Source: an uncultured Haloferula sp. (GTDB lineage Bacteria > Verrucomicrobiota > Verrucomicrobiia > Verrucomicrobiales > Akkermansiaceae). Taken from it: a stretch of DNA of 64,000 bases. Location of the stretch: positions 192,001 through 256,000 of the forward strand of contig CBFGTS010000006.1 of assembly GCA_965652295.1 (NCBI GenBank), written 5' to 3'. Each line of letters begins with the position of its first letter. Position 1 is the first letter of the stretch. The notes under the pieces were generated by a model. The model was not told the origin of the DNA and did not search any database. It worked only from the letters and a program-made list of their open reading frames with translations. The position numbers and the translations under genes are program-made. Below are positions 17,815-27,300 of this stretch, one piece after another.

Positions 17815-19958
17815 CAAGCAACGTGGCGGGCGATGACGCGGTCCAGCTCGCCGAGGGTCAGAGATTTCGTCAGGTAATCGTCCATTCCGGCAACGAGGGC
17901 GGCTTCACGGTCCTCGTTGAAGGCGTGGGCGGAGAGGCCGACGATGACCCGGCGCCCCCCCTCCCTGCCACCTTCGGCCTCACGGATTCGGCGCGTCGTT
18001 TCCAAACCATCCATCCCGGGCATCTCAACATCCATCAGGATCAGGGAGCAATCCTCTCCACCGATCATTTCCAAAGCGTCAGCGCCGCTGCCCGCCTCCA
18101 TGACCCGCAAGCCGCGCCGCTTGAACAGCGCGGAAAGCAAGGACCGATTCACTTCGTTGTCGTCCACGATCAGCACGGCGCCTTGCAGCGGACGGAGTTC
18201 GCCCGCCGCCTCGGACCCCGTTTCCGCGAAGTCGGCAGCGCCGTTGGCCGCGGGCAGATCGATCTCGAAGAAGAACGTACTGCCCGATCCCGGCCGACTG
18301 TCGAAATCGATCCTGCCGCCCATTTGATCCACCAAGCGTCTGCAAATCGCGAGGCCGAGGCCGGTACCCTCGAACGAGCGCGAACTTGAACGGTCGAGCT
18401 GGCTGAAGGGCTGGAACAGCAGCTCTTTCGCACCGGAATCGATGCCGATCCCGGTATCGGTCACCTCGAAGCGGATCACGCTACCCGCGGTGGCTCCCAC
18501 GTGGACGGTCACGCCGCCACTCGGCGTGAACTTGATCGCATTCCCCACGAGGTTGAAGAGCACCTGCCGGACTCGCCCGGCATCTCCTGTCACCCGCGCC
18601 GGCACGTTGCGATCGACGGAGCAATCCAGCGCGAGCCCTTTCGTCCCGGCAGCGGTGGAAAGCAGGTCGATCACCTCACGGGCGACGTCTTCCGGCGAGA
18701 ACTCGTCCCGCCGGAGCGTCGCGGCCCCCGCTTCGAGCCGGGAAAAATCAAGGATGTCGTTGAGCAGCGTGAGCAGGTGGTCGCCGCAGCGCTTGACGAT
18801 GCTGATGTGGCGCTCCTGCTCCTCCGACAAGCCGCTCTGGCGGAGCAGCTCGGCGTAACCGAGGATGCCGTGCAACGGCGTGCGGATCTCGTGGCTCATG
18901 GCGGCGACGAAGTCACTTTTCACCCGCGTGGCCATCTCCGCATCCTTGCGTGCGGCCACCTCCACAGCTTCCGAGCGGCGGATCTGAAGGTAGGAAAAGC
19001 CGAACCACGCACCCAGTAGCAGCACGCCGCCGGAAAACACCATCAGCATGAAGCCGGACAAGCGGTGGAGACTCGCCAAGTGGCGGTCCTTTTCCGTGGA
19101 AAACACCAACCCCAGCGGCTCACCCGCGAGACTCAGCGGGTTGAAAACCGAAATCACCTCCCGCTCGTCAGGGAAGGCCACCGTGTGCTCACGCATGCCT
19201 TCCAGGCCGTCGTTCATCAGGCGCTTGAAGTGCCGAAGGCAGCCCGGAGACACTTGGAAAGCGCTCCTCCGCGGATCGAGGGGATGGCGGATGAGATCCG
19301 GCCGCGAGTTCGCATCGAGCGCCCAGATCCATAGCTCCGACTGCCCCATCATGTAGCTTTCCAGCCCCGCTCCGAGAAAATCCCGGTGGCGGATGACCAG
19401 CTCGGCACCGGCCACCGGGGAATGGACACCGGCGGGAAGCCACTCCGAGATCACGATGAAGTCGCCGCGCCGCGACACGCTGGAAGACCTCCTGGGAGGA
19501 TGCTTGCTGCCGCCGGATGGCAACTCCGAGACGCTCAGGTAGTTCCCCGGCAGGATCTCGATGGCCATGGTTTTCCCCGAACGAAGTTCCACCTCGATCC
19601 GCTCCAGCGAATCCTGGTGACGCGCGAAAAACCGCCTCACCATCGCCTGGTTGCGATGCCCGAGATCGGGCAGCCCATCATTCCCAAAGTAGCTGGCAAA
19701 GGCGTCGAGCGAGGCCAGCAGGCGGAAGTCGTCCCGCAAGCCGTCGAACTGGCTCTCAAGATGGCGTGAAGCCCCCGCGGTGAAACTCTGCAGGCGCGTG
19801 GTGGCGGCGTGCGTTTCCCTCCGTATGATCCGGCGGGAAAAGACCATTGTCACGGAAACGAACAGCAGCGAGACCGCCAGCACATGCCACAGGGAGATCG
19901 GGCTGATCCATTGCAGGAAACGCCCGGCGGTGCCCCGCACTTCCCGCTCCGATCTCAT
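17814..19958 (-). CDS. Hybrid sensor histidine kinase/receiver
   Basis: Two TMs, MSHEIRTPL, NLVGNAIKFT, DTGIGI, GTGLGL, receiver VDDNEVN..LMDVEMPGMDG; ATG 19958 overlaps the upstream stop (ATGA). Confidence 0.93.
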   Translation of the reverse strand: MRSEREVRGTAGRFLQWISPISLWHVLAVSLLFVSVTMVFSRRIIRRETHAATTRLQSFTAGASRHLESQFDGLRDDFRLLASLDAFASYFGNDGLPDLGHRNQAMVRRFFARHQDSLERIEVELRSGKTMAIEILPGNYLSVSELPSGGSKHPPRRSSSVSRRGDFIVISEWLPAGVHSPVAGAELVIRHRDFLGAGLESYMMGQSELWIWALDANSRPDLIRHPLDPRRSAFQVSPGCLRHFKRLMNDGLEGMREHTVAFPDEREVISVFNPLSLAGEPLGLVFSTEKDRHLASLHRLSGFMLMVFSGGVLLLGAWFGFSYLQIRRSEAVEVAARKDAEMATRVKSDFVAAMSHEIRTPLHGILGYAELLRQSGLSEEQERHISIVKRCGDHLLTLLNDILDFSRLEAGAATLRRDEFSPEDVAREVIDLLSTAAGTKGLALDCSVDRNVPARVTGDAGRVRQVLFNLVGNAIKFTPSGGVTVHVGATAGSVIRFEVTDTGIGIDSGAKELLFQPFSQLDRSSSRSFEGTGLGLAICRRLVDQMGGRIDFDSRPGSGSTFFFEIDLPAANGAADFAETGSEAAGELRPLQGAVLIVDDNEVNRSLLSALFKRRGLRVMEAGSGADALEMIGGEDCSLILMDVEMPGMDGLETTRRIREAEGGREGGRRVIVGLSAHAFNEDREAALVAGMDDYLTKSLTLGELDRVIARHVA

Positions 19959-21004
19959 CGGTTCAGGGAAAAGGCAAGAAGCCGCCAGTTGAGATTCCTG
20001 ATCCGCCGGACGCGGACTTTCCACTCCCGGTCGTCGAGCCGCAGCAAGGCCTCGGAGCGGGCGGAGCCTCCGTCAACCAACACTTCGGCCGCCAGCCGCC
20101 GGATCGGCAACGAGCTGCTCTTGCAAAGATTGTATTGATCCGAGCGGAAGGTGTCCGAGCGCACCGTATCGACGTAGCGATGGCTCTTCAGTGGCGGGAG
20201 GCGCAGCACCTGCACCAGTGCCGCACCGGTCGCCACGACCGTGCCATCGTCCGTCAACAGCAGGCAGAAACGGTTGTCGCCTTCGAAGTCGAGACCACGC
20301 ACCAGCGTCTCGATGGTGATGTCGAGCCCCGCCACGCCCTGCAGGTCGTTCCCGGTATAAACGGGAGCCACACACGAGACCATCCAACCCCGGCCGGCGG
20401 GATCGACGTACGGTTGCTTGACCCACACCGGAACCCGCGCCGGATTGTGGGCCTGATCCGCCAGGTAGTAGAAGTTGTAATCCTCCATCTTCATGCCCGG
20501 CGGATACTGCATCACCACGTCGAAGGGCGGGTAGATGCGGTTGAAGCTATGACGATCGTTGTAGTAGGCTTGGACCACCTGCTCGTTCTCCTCCACCGCA
20601 CGCTTCAGGGCGGGATCCGCCGCCTCGGTGGCATGGACCACGCGGAGAATCTCCTCGTTCACCGGCACTACTCCGGACACGAAGACGGCGGAATCGCGGT
20701 TCGCGACCGCGGTGGGCCGGTGCAGCGTGCCATTTTCCTCCAGCACGTAGGCCGAGGGATCGGCCCGGGCGGCGAGTTCATCGAGGTTCCCGTAGATGCC
20801 GCGGATCTCCGCCGCCAGCGCGGCACATTCGGCCTCGGCCCGCATCACACCGCCCTCCAGCTTGACCGCCAGGGCATCCAGGCGGGAAAACGGCGGCTCC
20901 GATGCCTCGTCGCTCCCCCGGCACCCTGATGCCACGAGCGCACCCAGAACCACCCCGAGGAGGGTCGCGCTACGGCGTGCTGTCGTGACGACTCCTGGCT
21001 TCAT
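19955..21004 (-). CDS. Stand-alone Cache-domain (lipo)protein
   Basis: Lipobox-like LVASGC; YNFYYLAD..HNPAR..WVKQPYVDPAGRGWMVSCVAPVY..GVAGLDIT. Confidence 0.82.
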   Translation of the reverse strand: MKPGVVTTARRSATLLGVVLGALVASGCRGSDEASEPPFSRLDALAVKLEGGVMRAEAECAALAAEIRGIYGNLDELAARADPSAYVLEENGTLHRPTAVANRDSAVFVSGVVPVNEEILRVVHATEAADPALKRAVEENEQVVQAYYNDRHSFNRIYPPFDVVMQYPPGMKMEDYNFYYLADQAHNPARVPVWVKQPYVDPAGRGWMVSCVAPVYTGNDLQGVAGLDITIETLVRGLDFEGDNRFCLLLTDDGTVVATGAALVQVLRLPPLKSHRYVDTVRSDTFRSDQYNLCKSSSLPIRRLAAEVLVDGGSARSEALLRLDDREWKVRVRRIRNLNWRLLAFSLNR

Positions 21005-21357
21005 GCATCGGGCAGGTGTTTCTCCAGAATGGCCTCCGCCTCGTCAAGCTGCCGCGCCAGCCACTCCAGCTCGGAGGGTGCCGGGGCTCGGCCGTTCGCG
21101 GCATCGGCCTCAAGGCGGGCGAAGCCTGCGGCGAGGCTTGTCAGGCCGAGCGACGCAGAAGCTCCCTTCAGCTTGTGGGCCAGCTTCGGGATCGTCGCCA
21201 TCGGTGCCCGGGCGGAGAGCTGCTGCAGACCCTCGCGCGTCTGCATGAGGTACTTCCCCCAGATCGGGCGCAGCTCCGGGCCGATCATTTCCACGAGGGC
21301 TTCCAGCATCCTCTCATCCACTTCCCCCGCCGACCGCTCTTCGCTCCTATCCGACAT
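21001..21357 (-). CDS. Hpt phosphotransfer protein
   Basis: LAHKLKGASASLG. Confidence 0.88.
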   Translation of the reverse strand: MSDRSEERSAGEVDERMLEALVEMIGPELRPIWGKYLMQTREGLQQLSARAPMATIPKLAHKLKGASASLGLTSLAAGFARLEADAANGRAPAPSELEWLARQLDEAEAILEKHLPDA

Positions 21358-21372
21358 CCAATCAAGATCCTG

Positions 21373-22743
21373 CTAGAATTTCGCTTCCCGCAACTGGTGG
21401 CGGTCCAGCATGTTGTAAACGGTGCGCAGGCTGACGCCGAGCGTCTTGGCCGCGCGACGGCGGTTGCCCTTGACCGCCCTCAGCGTCTGAACGAGAGCCT
21501 CGCGCTCAAGCTCGCGCAGCCGGTTCTGCTCGCGCTCGGCCAGCGAACCACTGAGCTGCGCACTCCAGATTTTTTGTTTCTCCTCCAGCTCGCGCGCGGT
21601 GATCGGGCCATCTTCCCGGTCCGTCATCACCTCGGAGATGGAAAGGGACATCTCTTCCAGATTTCCCGGCCACGCGTGGTCGGCGATCCACTCCTGCGCC
21701 GGGCGATCGAGCGCCGGCCGTCGGATCCGGTGGCGGATGCAATGCTCCGCGAGCCGGAATTCCCATAGGTTCACCAGGTCCTGGGAGCGCTCGCGCAGCG
21801 GCGGCAGGGCGAGGTGAAGAATGGACAGCATGTAAACGAGATCGGCATCCAGTTCGGCGGTCCCGAGCAGATCGCGCAGCGTGCGCTCGCTGTGCACGAT
21901 AACCCGGCAGGCGTCCGCCACCGCCGGCTGCTTGAGTGCGGCGAGCAGGCGTCGCTGGCAGATCTCCGGCAGCGCTTCCAGCCGGCGCAGCATCAGCGTG
22001 GAGGGCTGCCGCGCGTTCATGATGCCGGGAAGCCTCGTGACGAGCACGCCGGAGCCGGCGGCCGTCATTTCCCCGCCGAAGACACGGGCCATGAACTCCG
22101 CCGGCGGCACGACCGAGCAATCGAGTTCCAGCCAGCTGTCCGGCCCACCACCGGCCGCCTCGTGCAGCTGCATCGCCAGCCGGGATTTTCCCGTCCCCGC
22201 TTCGCCCTCGATGAAGACCGGCCTGCGGCTTCCGGACGCCTGGCGGAAGAGCTCCGCCACGCGCAGCATCGAGGGGGAGGCCCATGCAAAGCCGTCGTGA
22301 CAAAGTCCGCTTTCCTCCGAAGCGGAGCCATCCACGAGCCGGGTCACCTTTTCGAAGAAACCTTCCGGATCGAATGGCTTCACCACGTAATCGACCGCTC
22401 CGCCCTTCATCGCCCGCACCGCATCGTCCGCGCAATCGCGAGCGGTGAGCACCACGCAGGGCAACCGCGGAAATCGATCCCGCACCCGCTTCAAAACCTC
22501 ATGGCCGTCACAATCCGGCAGTCCCAGATCCAGCACCATCACATCCCACGGGCATTCGCCACCAGCGGCCTCGAAAGCCAGGTTCACCTGCTCACCGCAC
22601 TCCATCACCAGCGGCTCGAAGCCGAAATGGCGCGAGGTCTGGAACAGCAGGTCGGCGGAAATCGGATCGTCCTCCACGATCGCCATCCGTCCGAGGCGCA
22701 AGGGAAGCCTGCCTCCGCTTTCTTGGATTGGAATCTTCCTCAT
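21373..22743 (-). CDS. NtrC-like response regulator (REC, degenerate AAA+, Fis HTH)
   Basis: IVEDD, LDLGLPD, KPF, GEAGTGKS, LPPLRER, WPGN, GNRRRAAKTLGVSLRTVYN; start uncertain (22743 or 22687). Confidence 0.88.
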   Translation of the reverse strand: MRKIPIQESGGRLPLRLGRMAIVEDDPISADLLFQTSRHFGFEPLVMECGEQVNLAFEAAGGECPWDVMVLDLGLPDCDGHEVLKRVRDRFPRLPCVVLTARDCADDAVRAMKGGAVDYVVKPFDPEGFFEKVTRLVDGSASEESGLCHDGFAWASPSMLRVAELFRQASGSRRPVFIEGEAGTGKSRLAMQLHEAAGGGPDSWLELDCSVVPPAEFMARVFGGEMTAAGSGVLVTRLPGIMNARQPSTLMLRRLEALPEICQRRLLAALKQPAVADACRVIVHSERTLRDLLGTAELDADLVYMLSILHLALPPLRERSQDLVNLWEFRLAEHCIRHRIRRPALDRPAQEWIADHAWPGNLEEMSLSISEVMTDREDGPITARELEEKQKIWSAQLSGSLAEREQNRLRELEREALVQTLRAVKGNRRRAAKTLGVSLRTVYNMLDRHQLREAKF

Positions 22744-22994
22744 TTCGTTGCCAGGCGCAGCCCCCCGCCGGTGTGCGCGCAGAGGTTGGAGGAGAAAAAG
22801 AGTGCTCGGAGCAAGGGCCGACCCTGCATTCCATGGTAACTGCCGCGTTACATTGCTCTGCCGGCCATCCCTCCCTCCCCCTCGGGGATGCAAATTCTGC
22901 ACGTTCCCGACCATCATTCCGTCGATTTTCCCGGCATGTGTCTCCACCCTGACAAAGCCGCTCGGGGGGGCGGCACGCTGCTGTCAAAGCAGCC

Positions 22995-23090
22995 AAGGGA
23001 CCTCAGGGTCCCTGGTAAGAGCGTGGCCGGGTAGCACAATCGAGCAGCGGTTTTGAAAGCTGCCATTGGGGGAAGCTACCCGGCCGCCTG
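22995..23090. ncRNA. Candidate structured non-coding RNA
   Basis: GGGACC-TCAG-GGTCCC hairpin, then an 11-bp stem GGCCGGGTAGC (23025-23035) / GCTACCCGGCC (23075-23085) enclosing a GCAGC/GCTGC helix. Confidence 0.35.
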
Positions 23091-23140
23091 CCCCCTCCCG
23101 ACCGTTTGACAGCACCTCGCCGCGCGGCACCTTAGCCGCC

Positions 23141-24283
23141 ATGCGCGCCATCCTGACCGTCCTGCTGTGCCTGCCCCTCGCCGCCGAAACGACCACCCGG
23201 GTCGTCGCCGAGGGCTTCGAGCGTCCGGTATGGATCGGCGCGCCGCCGGACGACCGCGACCACCTCTGGGTCGTGGAGCAGGCGGGAAAGATCTGGAAGC
23301 TCGATGCGCGGACCGGCGAAAAGGCCAACTCGCCGGTGCTCGATATTTCCTCCCGCGTCAGCCGCCGCGGAAACGAAGAAGGTTTGTTAGGTCTGGCATT
23401 CCCGGCCGATTTCGCCACCAGCGGCCGGTTCTACATCAACTACACCGGCAACGACGAAACCACTTACATCCAGCGGATCCACGCCCGCGGACCGGAATTC
23501 GATGCGGTGGACGACTCGAAATCCGAGACCCTTTTCGAGTTCAAGCAACCCTGGCGGAACCACAACGGCGGCTGGCTCGGCTTCGGGCCCGATGGCTACC
23601 TCTACGTCGGCACCGGCGATGGCGGCGCGGCCAACGATCCCCACGGCAACGGCCAGAAACTCGACACCCTGCTCGGCAAGCTGCTGCGCGTCGATGTTTC
23701 GCCCGAACGCTCGATCAAGATCCCTCCGGACAACCCCTTCGTGGGCCGCGAGGGCGCGCTCGGCCACATCTGGGCCTACGGCCTGCGCAATCCGTGGCGT
23801 TGTTCGTTCGATCGAAAAACCGGTGACCTCTGGATCGGCGATGTCGGTCAGAACCGCTGGGAGGAAATCAACTTCGTCCCTGCCGACGAAGGCTCCGGTG
23901 CCAACTTCGGCTGGCGGCAGCGCGAGGGCAACCGCAAGACCCCCGGCGTCGGCGGTGCCAGACCAGAGGGGGCGATCGATCCCGTTTACGTCTACGACCA
24001 CGGCACCGGCCCGCGCGACGGTCTCTCAGTCACCGGTGGATACGTTTACCGCGGGCCGATCCGGGAACTCCAGGGACGGTATATCTTCGCCGACTACCAG
24101 AACCGCCGTATCTGGTCGTTCGTCCTGAAAGCCGGCAAGACCTCCGATTTCCAGGACCACACCGACGACTGGCAACCGCAGAACCACCGCATCGGCCTTG
24201 TCTCCTCCTTCGGCGAAGATCCCGACGGCCACCTTTATTTCACCTGTCTTGAAGGCACGGTCATGAAAGTCATCGAGCAGTGA
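23141..24283 (+). CDS. PQQ-dependent sugar dehydrogenase (GSDH family)
   Basis: Signal peptide, EEGLLGLAF, NHNGGWLGFGPDGYLYVGTGDGG, GLRNPWRCSFD, DVGQNRWEEIN, SSFGED. Confidence 0.92.
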   Translation: MRAILTVLLCLPLAAETTTRVVAEGFERPVWIGAPPDDRDHLWVVEQAGKIWKLDARTGEKANSPVLDISSRVSRRGNEEGLLGLAFPADFATSGRFYINYTGNDETTYIQRIHARGPEFDAVDDSKSETLFEFKQPWRNHNGGWLGFGPDGYLYVGTGDGGAANDPHGNGQKLDTLLGKLLRVDVSPERSIKIPPDNPFVGREGALGHIWAYGLRNPWRCSFDRKTGDLWIGDVGQNRWEEINFVPADEGSGANFGWRQREGNRKTPGVGGARPEGAIDPVYVYDHGTGPRDGLSVTGGYVYRGPIRELQGRYIFADYQNRRIWSFVLKAGKTSDFQDHTDDWQPQNHRIGLVSSFGEDPDGHLYFTCLEGTVMKVIEQ

Positions 24284-24374
24284 TCCCCTGAACAGGGGAA
24301 ATTGATGCATTGAGGCGCTTTTATCTCCTCATGGTGCGGACCCGTCCGGTAAGGGACCGGTAATCCCCACCACG

Positions 24375-27300
24375 ATGATCCGCTCGCTGATTTTTCTGGC
24401 TGCCCTCGCCGCGATTGCCCCCGCCGCTCCCGATACCGTCGACACCACCTTTGCCAGCACGGCCGGGCAGGTGTTCACGCCGAACCACTACGGCGGCGTC
24501 GCATCGTTGCTCGTCCAGCCCGATGGCAGGATTCTCTTCGGCTCCAACGAAATACCCGGCACGGTCGGCGGCAATCCGCTCCGGCTCCCGCTCATCCGCT
24601 TCAACCCGGACGGCTCGGTCGACAACACCTTCTTCGCCGACAACGAACCGAACGGCTCCGACGGCGGCATCTACTACGACGGTCAGGGCTGGTCCGAGGT
24701 CCACTCCCTGGGCCTGCTTTCGGACGGAAAAATCGTCGCCGCCGGGGTCATGCAGGGCGTGCGCACCGGCACCGTTTCCTCGCCCGGGACTTTCCTCCAA
24801 TCGAACTCCATCGTCCGCTTCAACGCCGACGGCACTATCGACACCTCCTTCCAAACCGCCGGCACCATCGGCTGGCCGACCGGCGGACTGAATTTCATCG
24901 ATGAAGTCACCATCCAGCCGGACGACAAGATCATCGCCGTCGGAGGCTTCGGAGGCTTCCGGGATTCGCTCGCGCTACCATCGGTAGCGCGCCACGGCAT
25001 CGCCCGGCTGAATGTGGATGGCTCGCTCGACACGTCCTTCCAGATCAACCCGTCCGAATTCGGCGTGCCGACAGGAGCGTCCCTCGTCCGCGGCTGGTTC
25101 CAACAAGCGTCGCTCGATGCCTCGGGGCGGGTTCTGGTGGTCGGAGGTTTCGAATGGGGTCCCTCCTTTCCTCCGGCCGGCAGTGTCGAAGTTCTCGCCC
25201 GCCTGAACCCGGACGGCTCCCGCGACACCTCGTTCTCACCCGTACTTCCCGCCGATCTCGCCGGGTTCCGCAACGTCGTCGTGGAGCCCTCCGGCCGCAT
25301 CACCGTGGTCGCCAGCCGGACCAATGATCAAACCTGGATGGGCCGCTTCCTGCCAGACGGCACACCGGATGCCACCTTCGTTCTCGATCCCTCGCTGACC
25401 ACCTTTTCCGCCCGCCCGCTGCGCGTCGACGCCGCAGGCCGCTACCTCGTTGCCACCCGCAGCGCCAGCGGTGCCTACGACCGCCTCGTCCGCATTCTTC
25501 CCGATGGCTCGCTCGACACCGCCTTCGAAGCCCTCGCAACCTACGTCAACGGCCCCTCCGGCAGTGGTCCAGGCTACTTCGGCACCTTCGACACCGCCCC
25601 CTCGGGGAAAATCTACTCCGGCTCGTTCTTCGACCGGGTGAATGGCGAGGAAACCGTCAAGCTCGTCGCCTTCGAAGGCGACTACTCGCCCTCGGCCACC
25701 GGCCAGATCCGACTCGCCGCCACGGCGGTCTCCGCCGCCGAGCAAGACGGCATGATCCGTGTCGCCGTCACCCGCGACGGTGGCGTCGCCGGGATCGCGA
25801 CGGTCCAGTTCGCCACCTCACCCGGCACGGCAAACAGCACCGATTTCACCCTCACCGCCGGCACCCTCACCTGGCCCGCCGGCACCGGCGGCAGCCAGTT
25901 CATCGAGATCCCCATCACCCAGGACTCCATCGCCGAAGGCAGCGAGCCCTTCACCCTGGTCCTCAGCAACGCCACCGGAGCCACCATTTCCGGGGCTAGC
26001 GTGGCCACCGCGACCATCATCGATTCGAACTCACCGCCGATCATTACCCGCCAGCCCCAGACGCTCTTCGTCCCGCCCGGCTCACCCTTCACCCTGAATG
26101 TCGGCGTCGTCTCCGGTGCCGGACCGGTCACCTATCAGTGGTTCAAAAACGGCAATCTCCTGTCCGGTGCCACCGCCCCGGTTTATTCCATCCCCTCGGC
26201 CGATGCCGCCGCGCACAACGGCAACTACACCGTCACCGTCACCAACCCCAATGGTTCCACCCCCTCCGCGGCCGCCGGGGTCACGGTGAAAAACCCGGCC
26301 ATCCTCGGCTTCACCAGCCCCACCGCCACGGCGGTCGAAAATGATGGCACGCTTACCCTCACGCTCCAGCGCGCCGGCTCGAATGTCGGTGCGGTTTCCG
26401 TGGATGTCTCGCTGGTCGATGGCACCGCCACCAGCCCGGCCGATTTCACCGCAGCCACCACCACCGTTTCCTGGGCCGATGGCGATACCGCCGACAAGAC
26501 CATCGCCATCACCCTCACCAACGACGCCGCCGCCGAGTCTCCCGAAACCTTCCAGGTCATCCTCGAAAACCTCTCGCTCGACGCCATCTTCGGCGGTGCC
26601 ACCACCGTCGTCACGCTGCTCGACGATGACTCCGGCCCCGCCATCACCACCCCGCTGGCCTCGATGCGAGCCGTTACCGGTTGGAATGCCGCGTTTTCCG
26701 TAGGCGTCCAGTCGCAGACCACTGTCAGCTACGAGTGGTTCAAGGACGGCGAGTCCCTGCCCGGGGAAACGGGGGCCACGCTCAGCTTCGAGCCCGTTAC
26801 CCTGGCCGACTTCGGCTACTACTCCGTCGAAGCCACCAACACCGCCGGCACCGTCACCTCCGGTCCGGTCGAACTCGGCGCTCGACCGAACCCGCTCGAC
26901 CGCGTCGCGCTGGATCTCAGCGTTTCCTCGAACCAGTTCTCCGGAATCTCCGCCCGGCCCGCCGGCGGCTATCTGATCTACGGTGCCTTCACTTCCGTCC
27001 CCACCTCCGGCGGCACCGTGAGCATCTCCCGCGTCATGCGCACGCATCCGGACGGCTCGCTCGACACCACCTTCAGTCCGGCCCCCAACTCCACCGTCAC
27101 CCACGCGCTTGAGCTGTCCGATGGTTCCACTATCCTCGGCGGCGGCTTCAGCCAGATCGGCGTCGTGTCCGTCTCCGGCCCTCTGGTCAAACTCCTGCCC
27201 GACGGCTCGGTCGATCCGGACTTCTCCTCGAACCTCCCCGCCGGCATCGGCTCCCTCCGTGATCTGGAGATCGGACCCGACGGGAGAATCTACGTCACCC

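Noticed and set aside
22971..22986. Sigma-54 promoter as a firm feature
   Set aside because: The -24 GGCACG is present but the -12 reads TGTC rather than TTGC, so it is mentioned only as tentative.
23025..23085. tRNA or SRP RNA
   Set aside because: The 5' part loosely resembles a tRNA, but there is no TTCGA T-arm or cloverleaf, and the SRP GGAA-loop helix is absent.
24301..24335. Fur-like box upstream of the giant protein
   Set aside because: AT-rich and shares TCTCCTCA with the 55481 element, but there is no convincing 7-1-7 symmetry.
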